64,000 nt of DNA from an uncultured Alphaproteobacteria bacterium (GCA_902585605.1 CACIED010000003.1:14881-78880), one strand, 5' to 3'; positions 9,635 through 19,661 are shown, numbered from the stretch's first letter. The notes: generated by a model not told the origin, from the sequence alone. Numbers and translations: made by a program.

Positions 9635-10891
9635 ATGATAAAATTAATTCTTAAAAAACTTTCAATTACTTTTATTGCAATCTCTTTTACTGTAATTTCT
9701 TCTGTAGCTTCTGCAGAAATAACAATAACTTGGCCGTCTATTTGGGTTGGAAAAGACTCAAAGACTACAGTTATTGGTGAGCTAATAGATGAATTTAATG
9801 CAGCAAATGCAGGTTCAATAAAAGTAGTGGTTGAAGAACAAACTGACTACGACATTTATGCTCAAAAACTAACTGCTCAGATAGCGACAGGTGAATTACC
9901 TGACATAATGACAGTTGGTGCTCAGCTTTTAGATGTTTTACATAGAAGTGGGAAAGCAATGGATCTTGCTCCTCATATAAATTCAGATCCACATTGGAAT
10001 AATGTATATCCAGAAAATGCACTTCAATCTGCTATGACTGATGGAGTTCTTTCTGCATTGCCATACGAACTTTTCGTAACTCCTGTTACTTATAATAAAA
10101 AAATATTAAAGGAAGCAGGTTATGATGAGTTCCCTGACAATTATGATGATTTTTTCAAAATGTGTGAAGCAGTTACTGCTAATGGCAAAGTTTGTACATC
10201 TCAAATGACTGGTAAAAATGGTTGGACATCAATGTTATGGTATTCACAAGCATTAGCTTCTGCTGGTGGACCAGATATTTATGAAAAAGGTCTCGATCAC
10301 CCAGCCTATGTCAAAGCTTTTGAAGTTATGGAAAAAATGTATCAATACACCACTAGTGATGCCATTGGTGCAGATGCAGGTGTTTCAGGAGGTCATTTCC
10401 TAAATGAAAGAACTGCAGTATTTATGAATGGTCCTTGGTTTATTGCTCGATACACTTCTGACGGTATACCTGGTCTACATGAAAATATAGGTGTCGCTGC
10501 TGCTCCCATGTTAATGGGTGGTGAAGGTTCACCTGGAGGTTATGTAGGTGGTAGACAATCATCATTAGCTGCAGGCAAACAATCTGATCCTGCAAAAGAA
10601 GAAGCAATAGTTAAGTTTTTAAAGTGGTTAACTATTCCTGAAAATGTTGCAAGGCTATCTTATAGTTCAGGTGCGATGTTCATTGTTAATGCTGATCTAC
10701 CTAATGATATGGATAGACTGTTCATAGAAATGAAACAGGGAATAAGTGACGCTCCTTATGTTGCTCCTATCTTTCAAAATGGAATTGGCTCTTTAGCGGT
10801 AGCTAGTGAATTTCCACAAGCATTGTCTGCTTTGGCTTTAGGTGATGTTACACCTGAAGGTGCAGTAGAAATGTTACAAGACGCTGAATAA
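9635..10891 (+). CDS. Carbohydrate ABC transporter substrate-binding protein
   Basis: Signal peptide (ASA-E), GELPDI, YNK, NGPW; GGAGG RBS upstream. Confidence 0.9.
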   Translation: MIKLILKKLSITFIAISFTVISSVASAEITITWPSIWVGKDSKTTVIGELIDEFNAANAGSIKVVVEEQTDYDIYAQKLTAQIATGELPDIMTVGAQLLDVLHRSGKAMDLAPHINSDPHWNNVYPENALQSAMTDGVLSALPYELFVTPVTYNKKILKEAGYDEFPDNYDDFFKMCEAVTANGKVCTSQMTGKNGWTSMLWYSQALASAGGPDIYEKGLDHPAYVKAFEVMEKMYQYTTSDAIGADAGVSGGHFLNERTAVFMNGPWFIARYTSDGIPGLHENIGVAAAPMLMGGEGSPGGYVGGRQSSLAAGKQSDPAKEEAIVKFLKWLTIPENVARLSYSSGAMFIVNADLPNDMDRLFIEMKQGISDAPYVAPIFQNGIGSLAVASEFPQALSALALGDVTPEGAVEMLQDAE

Positions 10892-10900
10892 TAACTTAAT

Positions 10901-10930
10901 AACTATGAGGTATTTTTATACCTCATAGTT
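10901..10930 (+). terminator. Stem-loop after the SBP gene (partial terminator or mRNA stabiliser)
   Basis: Perfect 13-bp inverted repeat AACTATGAGGTAT-tttt-ATACCTCATAGTT. Confidence 0.75.
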
Positions 10931-10939
10931 TATTTACCT

Positions 10940-11812
10940 ATGAAAATAAAAAAAGATGAGGTTGGTTGGTTATTATTATTTATTGCACCTACCTTAATTC
11001 TTTTCACACTTTTTTTTATTTTACCAATTTTATTTCTTTTAGCGAGTAGCTTTACAAATTGGGATGGTATTGATGCAGAATTTGTTGGGTTTGAAAACTA
11101 CATTAAATTATTTAATAAAAAAAGCTTTGTAAGGGCAATTACAAATAACCTATATTGGTGCATCACTGCAGCACTTATTACCGTTCCGTTAGGTCTTATT
11201 ATAGCATTACTCTTATCTCATCGATCAAGGGGATGGAAAGTTTTTAGAACAGTCCTATTTGTGCCACAAGTTGTATCATCAGCAGCCATAGCGATGCTTT
11301 GGGCAGCTGTTTTTAATGCTGAATATGGACTATTAAATTATATTTTAGATAACATAGGTTTATCTGATTATAAAAACCATAATTGGTTAGGAAATGTAAG
11401 AACTGCAAATGCTGCATTAATTGGGTTTTCTTTGTGCTACGTTGGTTATTTTATGGTTATCATGTTAGCAAAAACAGCAAGCATATCAGAAGATTATTAC
11501 GACGCCGCAAAGATAGATGGAGCAAGTCAAATTCAAAAAGATTTTTATATTACAGCTCCTTTAATTAAGAGCACATTTTTTCTTTGCATCATTTTAGCTG
11601 TAATCTTTAATTTAAGACAATTTGAATATGTTTATCTTATGACTGCTGGCGGTCCAGCAAATAAAACTCAAGTACTTGTAGTTTACATTTGGAATGAGTT
11701 AACTGTTCAAAGACTTGGAAGAGGAAGTGCCGCAGGAGTTATAATGATTGCATTGGGAGCTATGTTACTTCTTTTACTTCGTAGAATATTAAAAAGTGAG
11801 ACTTATAACTAA
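10940..11812 (+). CDS. Carbohydrate ABC transporter permease (MalF-like)
   Basis: FVGFENY, EAA loop DAAKIDGA, MTAGGP. Confidence 0.9.
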   Translation: MKIKKDEVGWLLLFIAPTLILFTLFFILPILFLLASSFTNWDGIDAEFVGFENYIKLFNKKSFVRAITNNLYWCITAALITVPLGLIIALLLSHRSRGWKVFRTVLFVPQVVSSAAIAMLWAAVFNAEYGLLNYILDNIGLSDYKNHNWLGNVRTANAALIGFSLCYVGYFMVIMLAKTASISEDYYDAAKIDGASQIQKDFYITAPLIKSTFFLCIILAVIFNLRQFEYVYLMTAGGPANKTQVLVVYIWNELTVQRLGRGSAAGVIMIALGAMLLLLLRRILKSETYN

Positions 11813-11813
11813 T

Positions 11814-12650
11814 ATGACTAAGGATAATTCTTTAAATTTTTATTCTATTTTTAAGTGGGTAATAATAATTTCTTTTGTTGTATATGCAGTATTCCCATTT
11901 CTTTGGTTGGTCCTTGCTTCCTTAAAAACAAATGCAGAGTTACTTGATAATCCATTTAAGTTACCAAAAGTTTTCCAATTTCAAAACTATTCAAATGCAA
12001 TTCAAGAAGCAGGTTTAATTCAACTAATAATTAATTCTTTAGTTATTAGCACCTGCGCTACTTTTTTAAATATCCTTTTTGCTTCCATGTGTGCTTTTGC
12101 TATAGCCCGACATATTTTTTGGTGGAAAAATGTATTATTTTTAATGATAACAGCTGGTATTTTAGTTCCTTTAAATGCATTAATTATCCCATACTACGCA
12201 ATTATCAATTTTTTAAATCTTTATGACACAAGGCTTGGTCTAATATTAGTTTACTGTGCAGTTGGATTACCAGTATCTACATTTATTTTAACAGAATTTT
12301 TTAAAGGAATTCCAAAAGAAATAGAAGAAGCATCATATTTAGATGGTTGTAATTTTGTAGCTCGATATTTTAGAATTATGTTGCCATTAGCTCTTCCTGG
12401 GTTAGCTACTGCAGGAACGTTTCAGTTCATTTTATGTTGGAATGAATTTATCTACGCAATGCTTTTAACTTCTTCAACTGAAATAAGAACAATCCAGTTT
12501 GGTATAAGTTATTTTACAAATGAATTTTTCTCTGATTACGTTGGAATGTTTGCAGCAGTAGTAGTTAGTATTTTGCCAAGCATTACGGTGTTTATACTTT
12601 TCCAAGAGAGAGTGATAACTGGCTTAACAGCTGGGTCAGTTAAGGGATAG
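11814..12650 (+). CDS. Carbohydrate ABC transporter permease (MalG-like)
   Basis: IPKEIEEASYLDG, WNEF, GLTAGSVKG; ATG at 11814 preferred over GTG 11796. Confidence 0.9.
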   Translation: MTKDNSLNFYSIFKWVIIISFVVYAVFPFLWLVLASLKTNAELLDNPFKLPKVFQFQNYSNAIQEAGLIQLIINSLVISTCATFLNILFASMCAFAIARHIFWWKNVLFLMITAGILVPLNALIIPYYAIINFLNLYDTRLGLILVYCAVGLPVSTFILTEFFKGIPKEIEEASYLDGCNFVARYFRIMLPLALPGLATAGTFQFILCWNEFIYAMLLTSSTEIRTIQFGISYFTNEFFSDYVGMFAAVVVSILPSITVFILFQERVITGLTAGSVKG

Positions 12651-12657
12651 ATATTTC

Positions 12658-13932
12658 TTGAAACATCCAAATATTATAAAGATTATTTGCCACGATATTG
12701 GAAGACACTTGGGTTGTTATGGAGTAAAATCTATCAATTCAAATGCTATAGATACACTAGCCAAAAACGGTATCTTATTTAAAAACTCATTTTCAACAAG
12801 CCCTGGTTGTAGCCCAAGTAGAGCTGCGATAGCTACTGGGATGTATCCTCACAATACAGGTGTATTGGGATTAGCACATGCACATTTTGGTTGGAGTCTT
12901 GATAAAAAAATTAATCACATCGCAAAATATTTTTCAAAAAATGGTTATAACTCAATACTTTTTGGATTACAGCATGTCACCTATCATGAGAAAACACTTG
13001 GTTTTAATAAAATTTTTCCAGAGAGACCGGCTGATGAAGTGTTAAAAAATATTACAAAGATTATTGATAGTAAAATTTTCAAAAAACCTTTTTATGCTGA
13101 AGTTAATTTCTTTGAACCCCATCGTCCTTTTGATTATGGAGGTGTTAAACCAGATAAATCTAAAGGTGTGTATATTCCAAAATATATACCAAAAAATATT
13201 TATAGCCGAAGAGAGTTTGCAGAAATGCAAGGAGCAATTAAAAAAATAGATGATACAGTTTTTAAAATAATAAACCTTCTAAAGAAGAAAAATCTTTATG
13301 AAAATACTATTATAGTTTTTACAACAGATCACGGGATCCCATTCCCCAGAGCAAAAGGAACTCTATATGACTCTGGCATTGAAACTTGTCTTATAATTTC
13401 TTATCCAAAATTAAACATAAAAAATAAAAAATTTAGCGAATTAATTACTAATATTGATATTCTACCAACACTTTTAGATTTCGCAAAAATTAAAATTCCA
13501 AAAGAAATACAAGGTAAAAGTTTTTATCCACTAATATTAAATAAAAAATATTCTGAGAATAATGAAATTTTTGCAGAAAAAACTTATCATGATCTATTTG
13601 ATCCAATGCGGTGTGTTCGAAATAAAAATTTCAAATTAATTATAAATTTTGATTCTGATAGAATTGTAAGAGTGCCAGGAGATATAATGATGGGAGATAC
13701 ATATAAAACTATGCTAGGGCAAATTATTAATATTCGAGAACGCTATGAATTATATGATATAAATAGAGATAAATTTGAAATAAAAAATTTAGCTAATAGC
13801 AAAAAATATAAAAGTATTAAAAGTGAACTATTGAGAAAAATTGTAAGATGGATGAAAAAAACTAAAGATCCTTTATTGAAAAAGCAAATACAATCACCTT
13901 TTTTTCATGATACACTAAAGCAACTAAAATAG
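12658..13932 (+). CDS. Formylglycine-dependent sulfatase (N-sulfoglucosamine sulfohydrolase-like)
   Basis: CSPSR motif, HD near N-terminus, EPHRPF, TDHGIPFPRAKGTLYD, ELYD; TTG start. Confidence 0.9.
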   Translation: MKHPNIIKIICHDIGRHLGCYGVKSINSNAIDTLAKNGILFKNSFSTSPGCSPSRAAIATGMYPHNTGVLGLAHAHFGWSLDKKINHIAKYFSKNGYNSILFGLQHVTYHEKTLGFNKIFPERPADEVLKNITKIIDSKIFKKPFYAEVNFFEPHRPFDYGGVKPDKSKGVYIPKYIPKNIYSRREFAEMQGAIKKIDDTVFKIINLLKKKNLYENTIIVFTTDHGIPFPRAKGTLYDSGIETCLIISYPKLNIKNKKFSELITNIDILPTLLDFAKIKIPKEIQGKSFYPLILNKKYSENNEIFAEKTYHDLFDPMRCVRNKNFKLIINFDSDRIVRVPGDIMMGDTYKTMLGQIINIRERYELYDINRDKFEIKNLANSKKYKSIKSELLRKIVRWMKKTKDPLLKKQIQSPFFHDTLKQLK

Positions 13933-13943
13933 ATTTTTAAAGT

Positions 13944-14636
13944 ATGAAATCATTTGTAAATAAAAAAATATTTATAGAATCAAATGAATATACTTATAGA
14001 GTTGAGCATTTAACACTTGAGGGTACATGCTCAACTGATCATGGTCCAAGAAATGTTAAAATTAAAAATTTGTTAGTTGATAAATATCCAGTAACTAATC
14101 AACAATATTCCTTTTTTTTAAAAAAAACTGGTTATCAGCCAAAAGATTCACAAAGATTTTTAGAACACAAACCAAATAAAAAAATATTTAATCTTCCTGT
14201 TGTGTTTGTTTCTCAAAATGATGCAATTGCATATGCTAAATGGGTTGGCGGACGGCTTCCAACTGATGAAGAATGGCAATATATTGCAGCTGGTCCAAAA
14301 TATCTAGACTGGCCGTGGGGTAACAAGTTTAATCCTTCATTATGTAATCATGATGGCAATAAACTGGAATCTGTTAATGCATATAGAAAAGGAGAAAGTT
14401 GGTGTGGTTGTGTAGATATGAGTGGGAATTGTTGGGAGTGGACTGCCGGCATTCATGACGATGGTAATCACCAATTTGCTTTATTAAGAGGAGGAAGTTA
14501 TTTCTATGCACATGATCATTGGCACGTTGGAGGAGGTGCGAGAAAAAATAATTATCATTGGAAATTACAAATATTAAATGAAGGAATGAACAGGGCTGCT
14601 ACCCTTGGTTTTAGATGTGTTTATGATGCAAAATAA
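13944..14636 (+). CDS. FGE-sulfatase (SUMF1/EgtB/PvdO) fold protein lacking catalytic cysteines
   Basis: PVTNQQY, RLPTDEEWQ, DMSGNCWEW, RGGS, GFRCV; no CxxxxC after RGGS. Confidence 0.85.
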   Translation: MKSFVNKKIFIESNEYTYRVEHLTLEGTCSTDHGPRNVKIKNLLVDKYPVTNQQYSFFLKKTGYQPKDSQRFLEHKPNKKIFNLPVVFVSQNDAIAYAKWVGGRLPTDEEWQYIAAGPKYLDWPWGNKFNPSLCNHDGNKLESVNAYRKGESWCGCVDMSGNCWEWTAGIHDDGNHQFALLRGGSYFYAHDHWHVGGGARKNNYHWKLQILNEGMNRAATLGFRCVYDAK

Positions 14637-16434
14637 ATTTAAAGATAAAAAAAAGTTTACAGATTTTTCATTAGGTAGTTTGAACTTATCCTTAGCTGTA
14701 GATAAAAACATTTTCTTAAAAGAATTAAGTTTTATAAAAAATATTAATAACGAACTATTTAGTATTCGAGTTGAAAATAAATTAATTCCAAGAAATAAGT
14801 ATAAAATAGAAAAAGTCTTTGAAAAAACCGATGTTAACTTCACCATCATTTCAATAGATTTTTCACAAAATTTTGGAAATGATTTCTTTAAAGGAAGAAT
14901 ATCTTTTGTTCAGAAGAAAAAAAATATTACTGACTTTATTTTTCAACTATCTGCTAGATGGCATAAAGATATTCCTAAGAAAGTACTTTTAAAATTTCCA
15001 TTTCTAATTAACATTCATAAAAATAAAAATTTCTTAAAGCCAGGCGATATTTTTGATGGAAAAAAAAGAATAAATAAAGGCGTTTGGAATTTACACGAAT
15101 ATCCACCCTCAATAATATCTGATAATTTAGGAAATCAATGTTTAGGTTTTGAATTTTACGATCAATTCCCTTGGCAGGCGAACTATAATCTTGGGATTAG
15201 TGAAGCTATATCAAATGAAAATTTTGAAAAGCTTGAAACTGAAGTTCAATTAACACGTGAATTAACAGATATCATTTTAATGAAAATTTATACAAGCTCT
15301 CAAGGAAGAGAAAAAATTTTCAGTCTTTGGAAAGAAAATACCAGAGAAAGATATGATCTGAGAAAATACCATGATAGTAAAAATAGATGGATAAAAAAAA
15401 ATTATCTACAACACTTTATGTTTGCTTATGGAGAAGAGGCTTTTGATTATAAAAAAATGGAATTTAAAATTATTCAAATCATTAAAGAAGGGAAAGAATT
15501 TGGTGGTTATGATTCAATTTTATTTTGGCACCAGTATCCGAGATTGGGTTTAGACGAAAGTAATCAATGGCAATTATATAAATATTTACCAAAAAATTAT
15601 GAAACTATAAAAAAAATTGTTGATATTTGTCATTCACATAATATTAAATTTTTTATTCCTTTTAAACCATGGGATATTAGATCTAATGAAAGCTTAGACA
15701 GTCACGCCAAATCTTTAGAAAGATTTATTAAAGCAACAAGTATCGATGGTTTTTTTCTTGATACAATGTCTTCTTTACCTGATTCATTTTTAAAAATTCA
15801 AAAAAAATTTCCCTCATTTGAATTTTGTTCAGAAGGTACACCTAGAGAGCAAAGGCAAATTGAAACCTTAACAAGTTCATGGGATCAAATTGGTGATATT
15901 AGAAGGAATTTTAAAGTGGAGATAAATTCAAATTTTTTTCGTTTTCTTTTTCCAGAACATCCGCTTAATCTTGTTTCTCGATGGAGTGTTGGATCAGACA
16001 AGGACTTATTAATTAAAAGAGCAGCTTTTAATGGAATGGGAATGGTTATTTGGCAAGATATTTTTGGTTGCTGGCTTCCATTTAGTATTGAACAAAAAAA
16101 GAAGATAAAATCATTAAAATATATTCTTAAAAAATATCATAAAATTTTTTTTGGGGATAATTCAATTCCATTAATACAAACTTTATCTAAAAAGATTATT
16201 TGTAATGAGTTTTCAAATTCAGTTTCAAAACAAAAAATCTATTCTATTTATAATTTTGGGTCAAATAAAATAAAAGGAAGAATTTTAAAACTTCCTTCAG
16301 CGGTAAAAGAGTTTAAACAAATTTATGGAAAAGATGTAAATATTAAAATTGAAAAAAAACAAAATATTTTTTATTTGTTAGCAAATCTAGATGTAGATGA
16401 TGTAATTCTAATTAATATTAAATTTGATATTTGA
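14623..16434 (+). CDS. Hypothetical protein with probable glycoside-hydrolase-like TIM barrel
   Basis: About 600-aa ORF coupled to the FGE-fold gene; FGGYDSILFWHQYPRLG, FKPWD, IDGFFLDTM, SEG. Confidence 0.6.
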   Translation: MMQNKFKDKKKFTDFSLGSLNLSLAVDKNIFLKELSFIKNINNELFSIRVENKLIPRNKYKIEKVFEKTDVNFTIISIDFSQNFGNDFFKGRISFVQKKKNITDFIFQLSARWHKDIPKKVLLKFPFLINIHKNKNFLKPGDIFDGKKRINKGVWNLHEYPPSIISDNLGNQCLGFEFYDQFPWQANYNLGISEAISNENFEKLETEVQLTRELTDIILMKIYTSSQGREKIFSLWKENTRERYDLRKYHDSKNRWIKKNYLQHFMFAYGEEAFDYKKMEFKIIQIIKEGKEFGGYDSILFWHQYPRLGLDESNQWQLYKYLPKNYETIKKIVDICHSHNIKFFIPFKPWDIRSNESLDSHAKSLERFIKATSIDGFFLDTMSSLPDSFLKIQKKFPSFEFCSEGTPREQRQIETLTSSWDQIGDIRRNFKVEINSNFFRFLFPEHPLNLVSRWSVGSDKDLLIKRAAFNGMGMVIWQDIFGCWLPFSIEQKKKIKSLKYILKKYHKIFFGDNSIPLIQTLSKKIICNEFSNSVSKQKIYSIYNFGSNKIKGRILKLPSAVKEFKQIYGKDVNIKIEKKQNIFYLLANLDVDDVILINIKFDI

Positions 16435-16441
16435 TAAAAAT

Positions 16442-17626
16442 TTAGCTTACTGCTTTTATGATACCTCTCAATTCTGATAGCCCCATCATTCTTCCAATTG
16501 CTGTATAACCAGGATTTATAGATTTTTTAAATTTATCATCTAGCAAACAATGTCCATGATCTGGTCTCATTGGAATTTCAACTTTTTTATTTTTACTTCT
16601 TCTTTTTTCTTCTTTTAAAATTAGTTTTATTAATTTGACAAAATCAACATCTCCACTCAGATGATTTGTCTCATAGAAACTTTTTCTATCTTTATCAATT
16701 TTTACATTTCTTAAATGAATAAAGTTTATTTTCTTTTTAAAAGTATCAAAAATTTCGTAAATATTATTATTAATGTTCGATGCTAGTGAACCTGAACAAA
16801 ATGCCATACCATTTGATAACGAATCATATGAATCTAAAATATACTTATAGTCTTTTAAATTAGAAGCAATTTTGGGTATTCCAAAAAGTGCTACTGGTGG
16901 ATCATCTGGATGAAGAGTCATATTTACTTTACATTCCTCAGCAACGGGTATGATTTCTCTTACAAAATCAATTAAATTTTCTTGTAATTCTTTTTTTTGG
17001 TAATTTTTATATGCATCAATCATATTTTTAAATTCATTTATAGAATATTTTTTTTCAGATGCTGGTAGTCCACCCATTACTGCAATCTTCAAATTTTGAA
17101 TGTCTTTTTTACTCATTTTCTTAAACATCATTTCAGCTTCTTTAATTTCTTTATAAGAAAATCTAGATTCAACATCATTCAATTTTAAAATAAAAACTTC
17201 AAATATAATGATGTGTTGATAATTAAATTTTAAAGCTAAACCTTCTGTTGGAAGTTTAAAGTCTAATTGTGTTCTTGTCCAATCAACTATTGGCATAAAA
17301 TTATAACAAATTGTTCTAATATTGTTTTTAGAGACATTTGATATAGAATCTTTATAGTTATTAATTAGTTTTCTAAAATTTTTATGTCTTAATTTAATGT
17401 CATTATGAACTGGAATACTTTCAACTACATTCCATTTTAGATTAATATTATTTGCATTATTATATTTATTTATAAAATCAATTCTCTTTCTAACATCATT
17501 TTTAGACCATTTTTCTCCATATGGAATTTGATGTAACGATGTTACAATATATTCAGCATTTGATTGCCTAATATCTGAAAGACTAACAGGGTCATCAGGT
17601 CCGTACCATCTAAAAGAATTTTGCAT
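16442..17626 (-). CDS. uxuA: Mannonate dehydratase
   Basis: FRWYGPDD, VVESIPVH, CYNFMP, HPDDPP, HLRN, MRPDHGH. Confidence 0.95.
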   Translation of the reverse strand: MQNSFRWYGPDDPVSLSDIRQSNAEYIVTSLHQIPYGEKWSKNDVRKRIDFINKYNNANNINLKWNVVESIPVHNDIKLRHKNFRKLINNYKDSISNVSKNNIRTICYNFMPIVDWTRTQLDFKLPTEGLALKFNYQHIIIFEVFILKLNDVESRFSYKEIKEAEMMFKKMSKKDIQNLKIAVMGGLPASEKKYSINEFKNMIDAYKNYQKKELQENLIDFVREIIPVAEECKVNMTLHPDDPPVALFGIPKIASNLKDYKYILDSYDSLSNGMAFCSGSLASNINNNIYEIFDTFKKKINFIHLRNVKIDKDRKSFYETNHLSGDVDFVKLIKLILKEEKRRSKNKKVEIPMRPDHGHCLLDDKFKKSINPGYTAIGRMMGLSELRGIIKAVS

Positions 17627-17676
17627 AAGACTTTTATATCTGATAAATTTACATTTAAAATAACTTCTTTGAAAAT

Positions 17677-18675
17677 ATGCAAAAAAGAAATTTAGGTAAT
17701 ACAGATATTCAGCTTACATCAATTGGATTTGGTGGAGCACCTCTTGGAAATTTATTTGAAGAACTTAACGAGCCTGAATGTTTTAATATTGTTAAAAAAT
17801 CCTATGAAATGAATATAAATCTTTTCGATACTTCACCTTTATATGGTTATGGTCTCAGTGAACATAGACTTGGAAATTTTCTAAAAAGTATTGATCCAGA
17901 TAAATACTATCTTTCTACAAAGGTAGGTAGATATCTCAGTCCAAAAAGAAATTATTTTAAGGAAGGAAAATTTAAAGGTCATATAAATTTTGAACCCAAT
18001 CTTGATTATTCATATGATGGAGTGATGAGATCATTTGATCAATCAATTCACCGCTTAGCAGTTTCTAAAATTGATATTTGTTTAATTCATGATGTAGATA
18101 GATATAATTTTGGTAAAGATGTAGATATATATTTCAAGCAAGCAATGGAAGGAGCATACAAAGCTTTAAACTCACTTAAAGAACAAAAAGTTATTAAAGC
18201 TATTGGAGTTGGATTAAACGATGCAGATATCTGTACAAAATTTGCTAATGAAGGAGATTTTGATTGTATGTTACTTGCAGGAAGATACACGCTCATAGAT
18301 CAAAGTGCTCTTGATGAATTTTTTCCAATAGCAAAAAAAAATAATATTGGAATAATTCTTGGAGGTGTATTTAATTCAGGCATATTAGCAAAGGGTATTG
18401 GAGATAATGTAACGTATTGGTATGATAAAATACCACCTGAAATTAAAGAAAAATACAAAAAAATTTCTCTCGTTTGTCAAAACCATGATGTCCCTGTACC
18501 TGCCGCAGCACTTCAATTTTCCTACTCTAATAAATTAATTTCATCTATGATATTAGGTATAGATAGAGTAGAACAATTAGAACAGAATTATAAGTATTTA
18601 AATTATCCAATTCCAAAGAAACTATGGAGTGATTTGATTAAAGAAAATCTTATTGATGAAAGATGTATGATTTAA
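17677..18675 (+). CDS. Aldo/keto reductase (D-threo-aldose/L-fucose dehydrogenase-like)
   Basis: GFGGAPLGN, FDTSPLYG, STKVGR, DYSYDGV, LAGRYTL, GGVFNSGILA. Confidence 0.85.
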   Translation: MQKRNLGNTDIQLTSIGFGGAPLGNLFEELNEPECFNIVKKSYEMNINLFDTSPLYGYGLSEHRLGNFLKSIDPDKYYLSTKVGRYLSPKRNYFKEGKFKGHINFEPNLDYSYDGVMRSFDQSIHRLAVSKIDICLIHDVDRYNFGKDVDIYFKQAMEGAYKALNSLKEQKVIKAIGVGLNDADICTKFANEGDFDCMLLAGRYTLIDQSALDEFFPIAKKNNIGIILGGVFNSGILAKGIGDNVTYWYDKIPPEIKEKYKKISLVCQNHDVPVPAAALQFSYSNKLISSMILGIDRVEQLEQNYKYLNYPIPKKLWSDLIKENLIDERCMI

Positions 18676-19613
18676 TTATTAACTTTTGTCATTGTACACA
18701 ACATTTCAAAAGCAACTGAAGCTGCAACTAAAGAAGTCATATTATTTACATCAAATGGTGGTGATACTTCTACAACATCCCCACCTACAAAATTGATTTT
18801 ATTTAGTGCTCTTATGATAGTCTGTGCCTCTCTCACATTAAAGCCTCCAACTTCGGGAGTTCCAGTACCAGGAGCAAAAGTTGGATCTATTCCATCTATA
18901 TCAAATGTAAAGTAAGTATCTGTTGTGGCTAGAACTTCATATATTTTTTTAATACATTTATTAAATCCCATTTCATAATAATCATCTATAGTAATTATAG
19001 TTACCCCCTGTTCTTTAGCCCATTTCATATCATCTGGATCATACAAAGATCCTCGAAGACCAAGGATTACATATTTTTTGGGATCTATAAGATTTTCTTC
19101 AATAGCTCTTCTAAAAGGTGTTCCATGCGTATATTTGAAGCCTCCAAAGTAAGTGTCCCATGTATCAGAATGAGAATCAAACTGAAATAAACCAATCGGT
19201 TTTTCTTTTGCAATACCTCTAAGAATTGGTAGGCTAATTAAATGATCACCTCCAATTGATAATGGTATTGTTTTGGAATTATAAATATTTGAGTAAAATT
19301 TTTCTATTTTATCTAAACTATCATTTAAGTCAGCTGGATTTACTGGGCAATCACCAATATCCGCAATATTAAATTTATCATAAGGACTTTTAAGTGATAC
19401 GGGATGATAAAGCCTTACAAGCGATGATGCATTTCTAATTTCTCTTGGCCCATGTCTTGCTCCAGGTCTATTAGTAGTTCCTCCATCCCATGGAACACCT
19501 GCAATACAGTATTCTAATTTACTTAAATCTTTAAATATAGGTAACCTAAAAAAAGTAGCAACATCAGCAAAGCGAGGAGTTTGCATACTAGATAAAGGTT
19601 TAATTTGAGTCAT
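18672..19613 (-). CDS. speB: Agmatinase/guanidinoacid ureohydrolase (arginase family)
   Basis: GGDH, DSHSD, HGTPFRRA, DIDGIDP, PGTGTPE; N-terminus resembles guanidinobutyrase/guanidinopropionase. Confidence 0.8.
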   Translation of the reverse strand: MTQIKPLSSMQTPRFADVATFFRLPIFKDLSKLEYCIAGVPWDGGTTNRPGARHGPREIRNASSLVRLYHPVSLKSPYDKFNIADIGDCPVNPADLNDSLDKIEKFYSNIYNSKTIPLSIGGDHLISLPILRGIAKEKPIGLFQFDSHSDTWDTYFGGFKYTHGTPFRRAIEENLIDPKKYVILGLRGSLYDPDDMKWAKEQGVTIITIDDYYEMGFNKCIKKIYEVLATTDTYFTFDIDGIDPTFAPGTGTPEVGGFNVREAQTIIRALNKINFVGGDVVEVSPPFDVNNMTSLVAASVAFEMLCTMTKVNN

Positions 19614-19661
19614 AAAAGTATCTTATGATATATAGAGTTAGATTATACAAGACAAATTAAT

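Noticed and set aside
14460-14636. Diversity-generating retroelement target (FGE/CLec C-terminus)
   Set aside because: No template repeat of this region and no reverse transcriptase seen in the window
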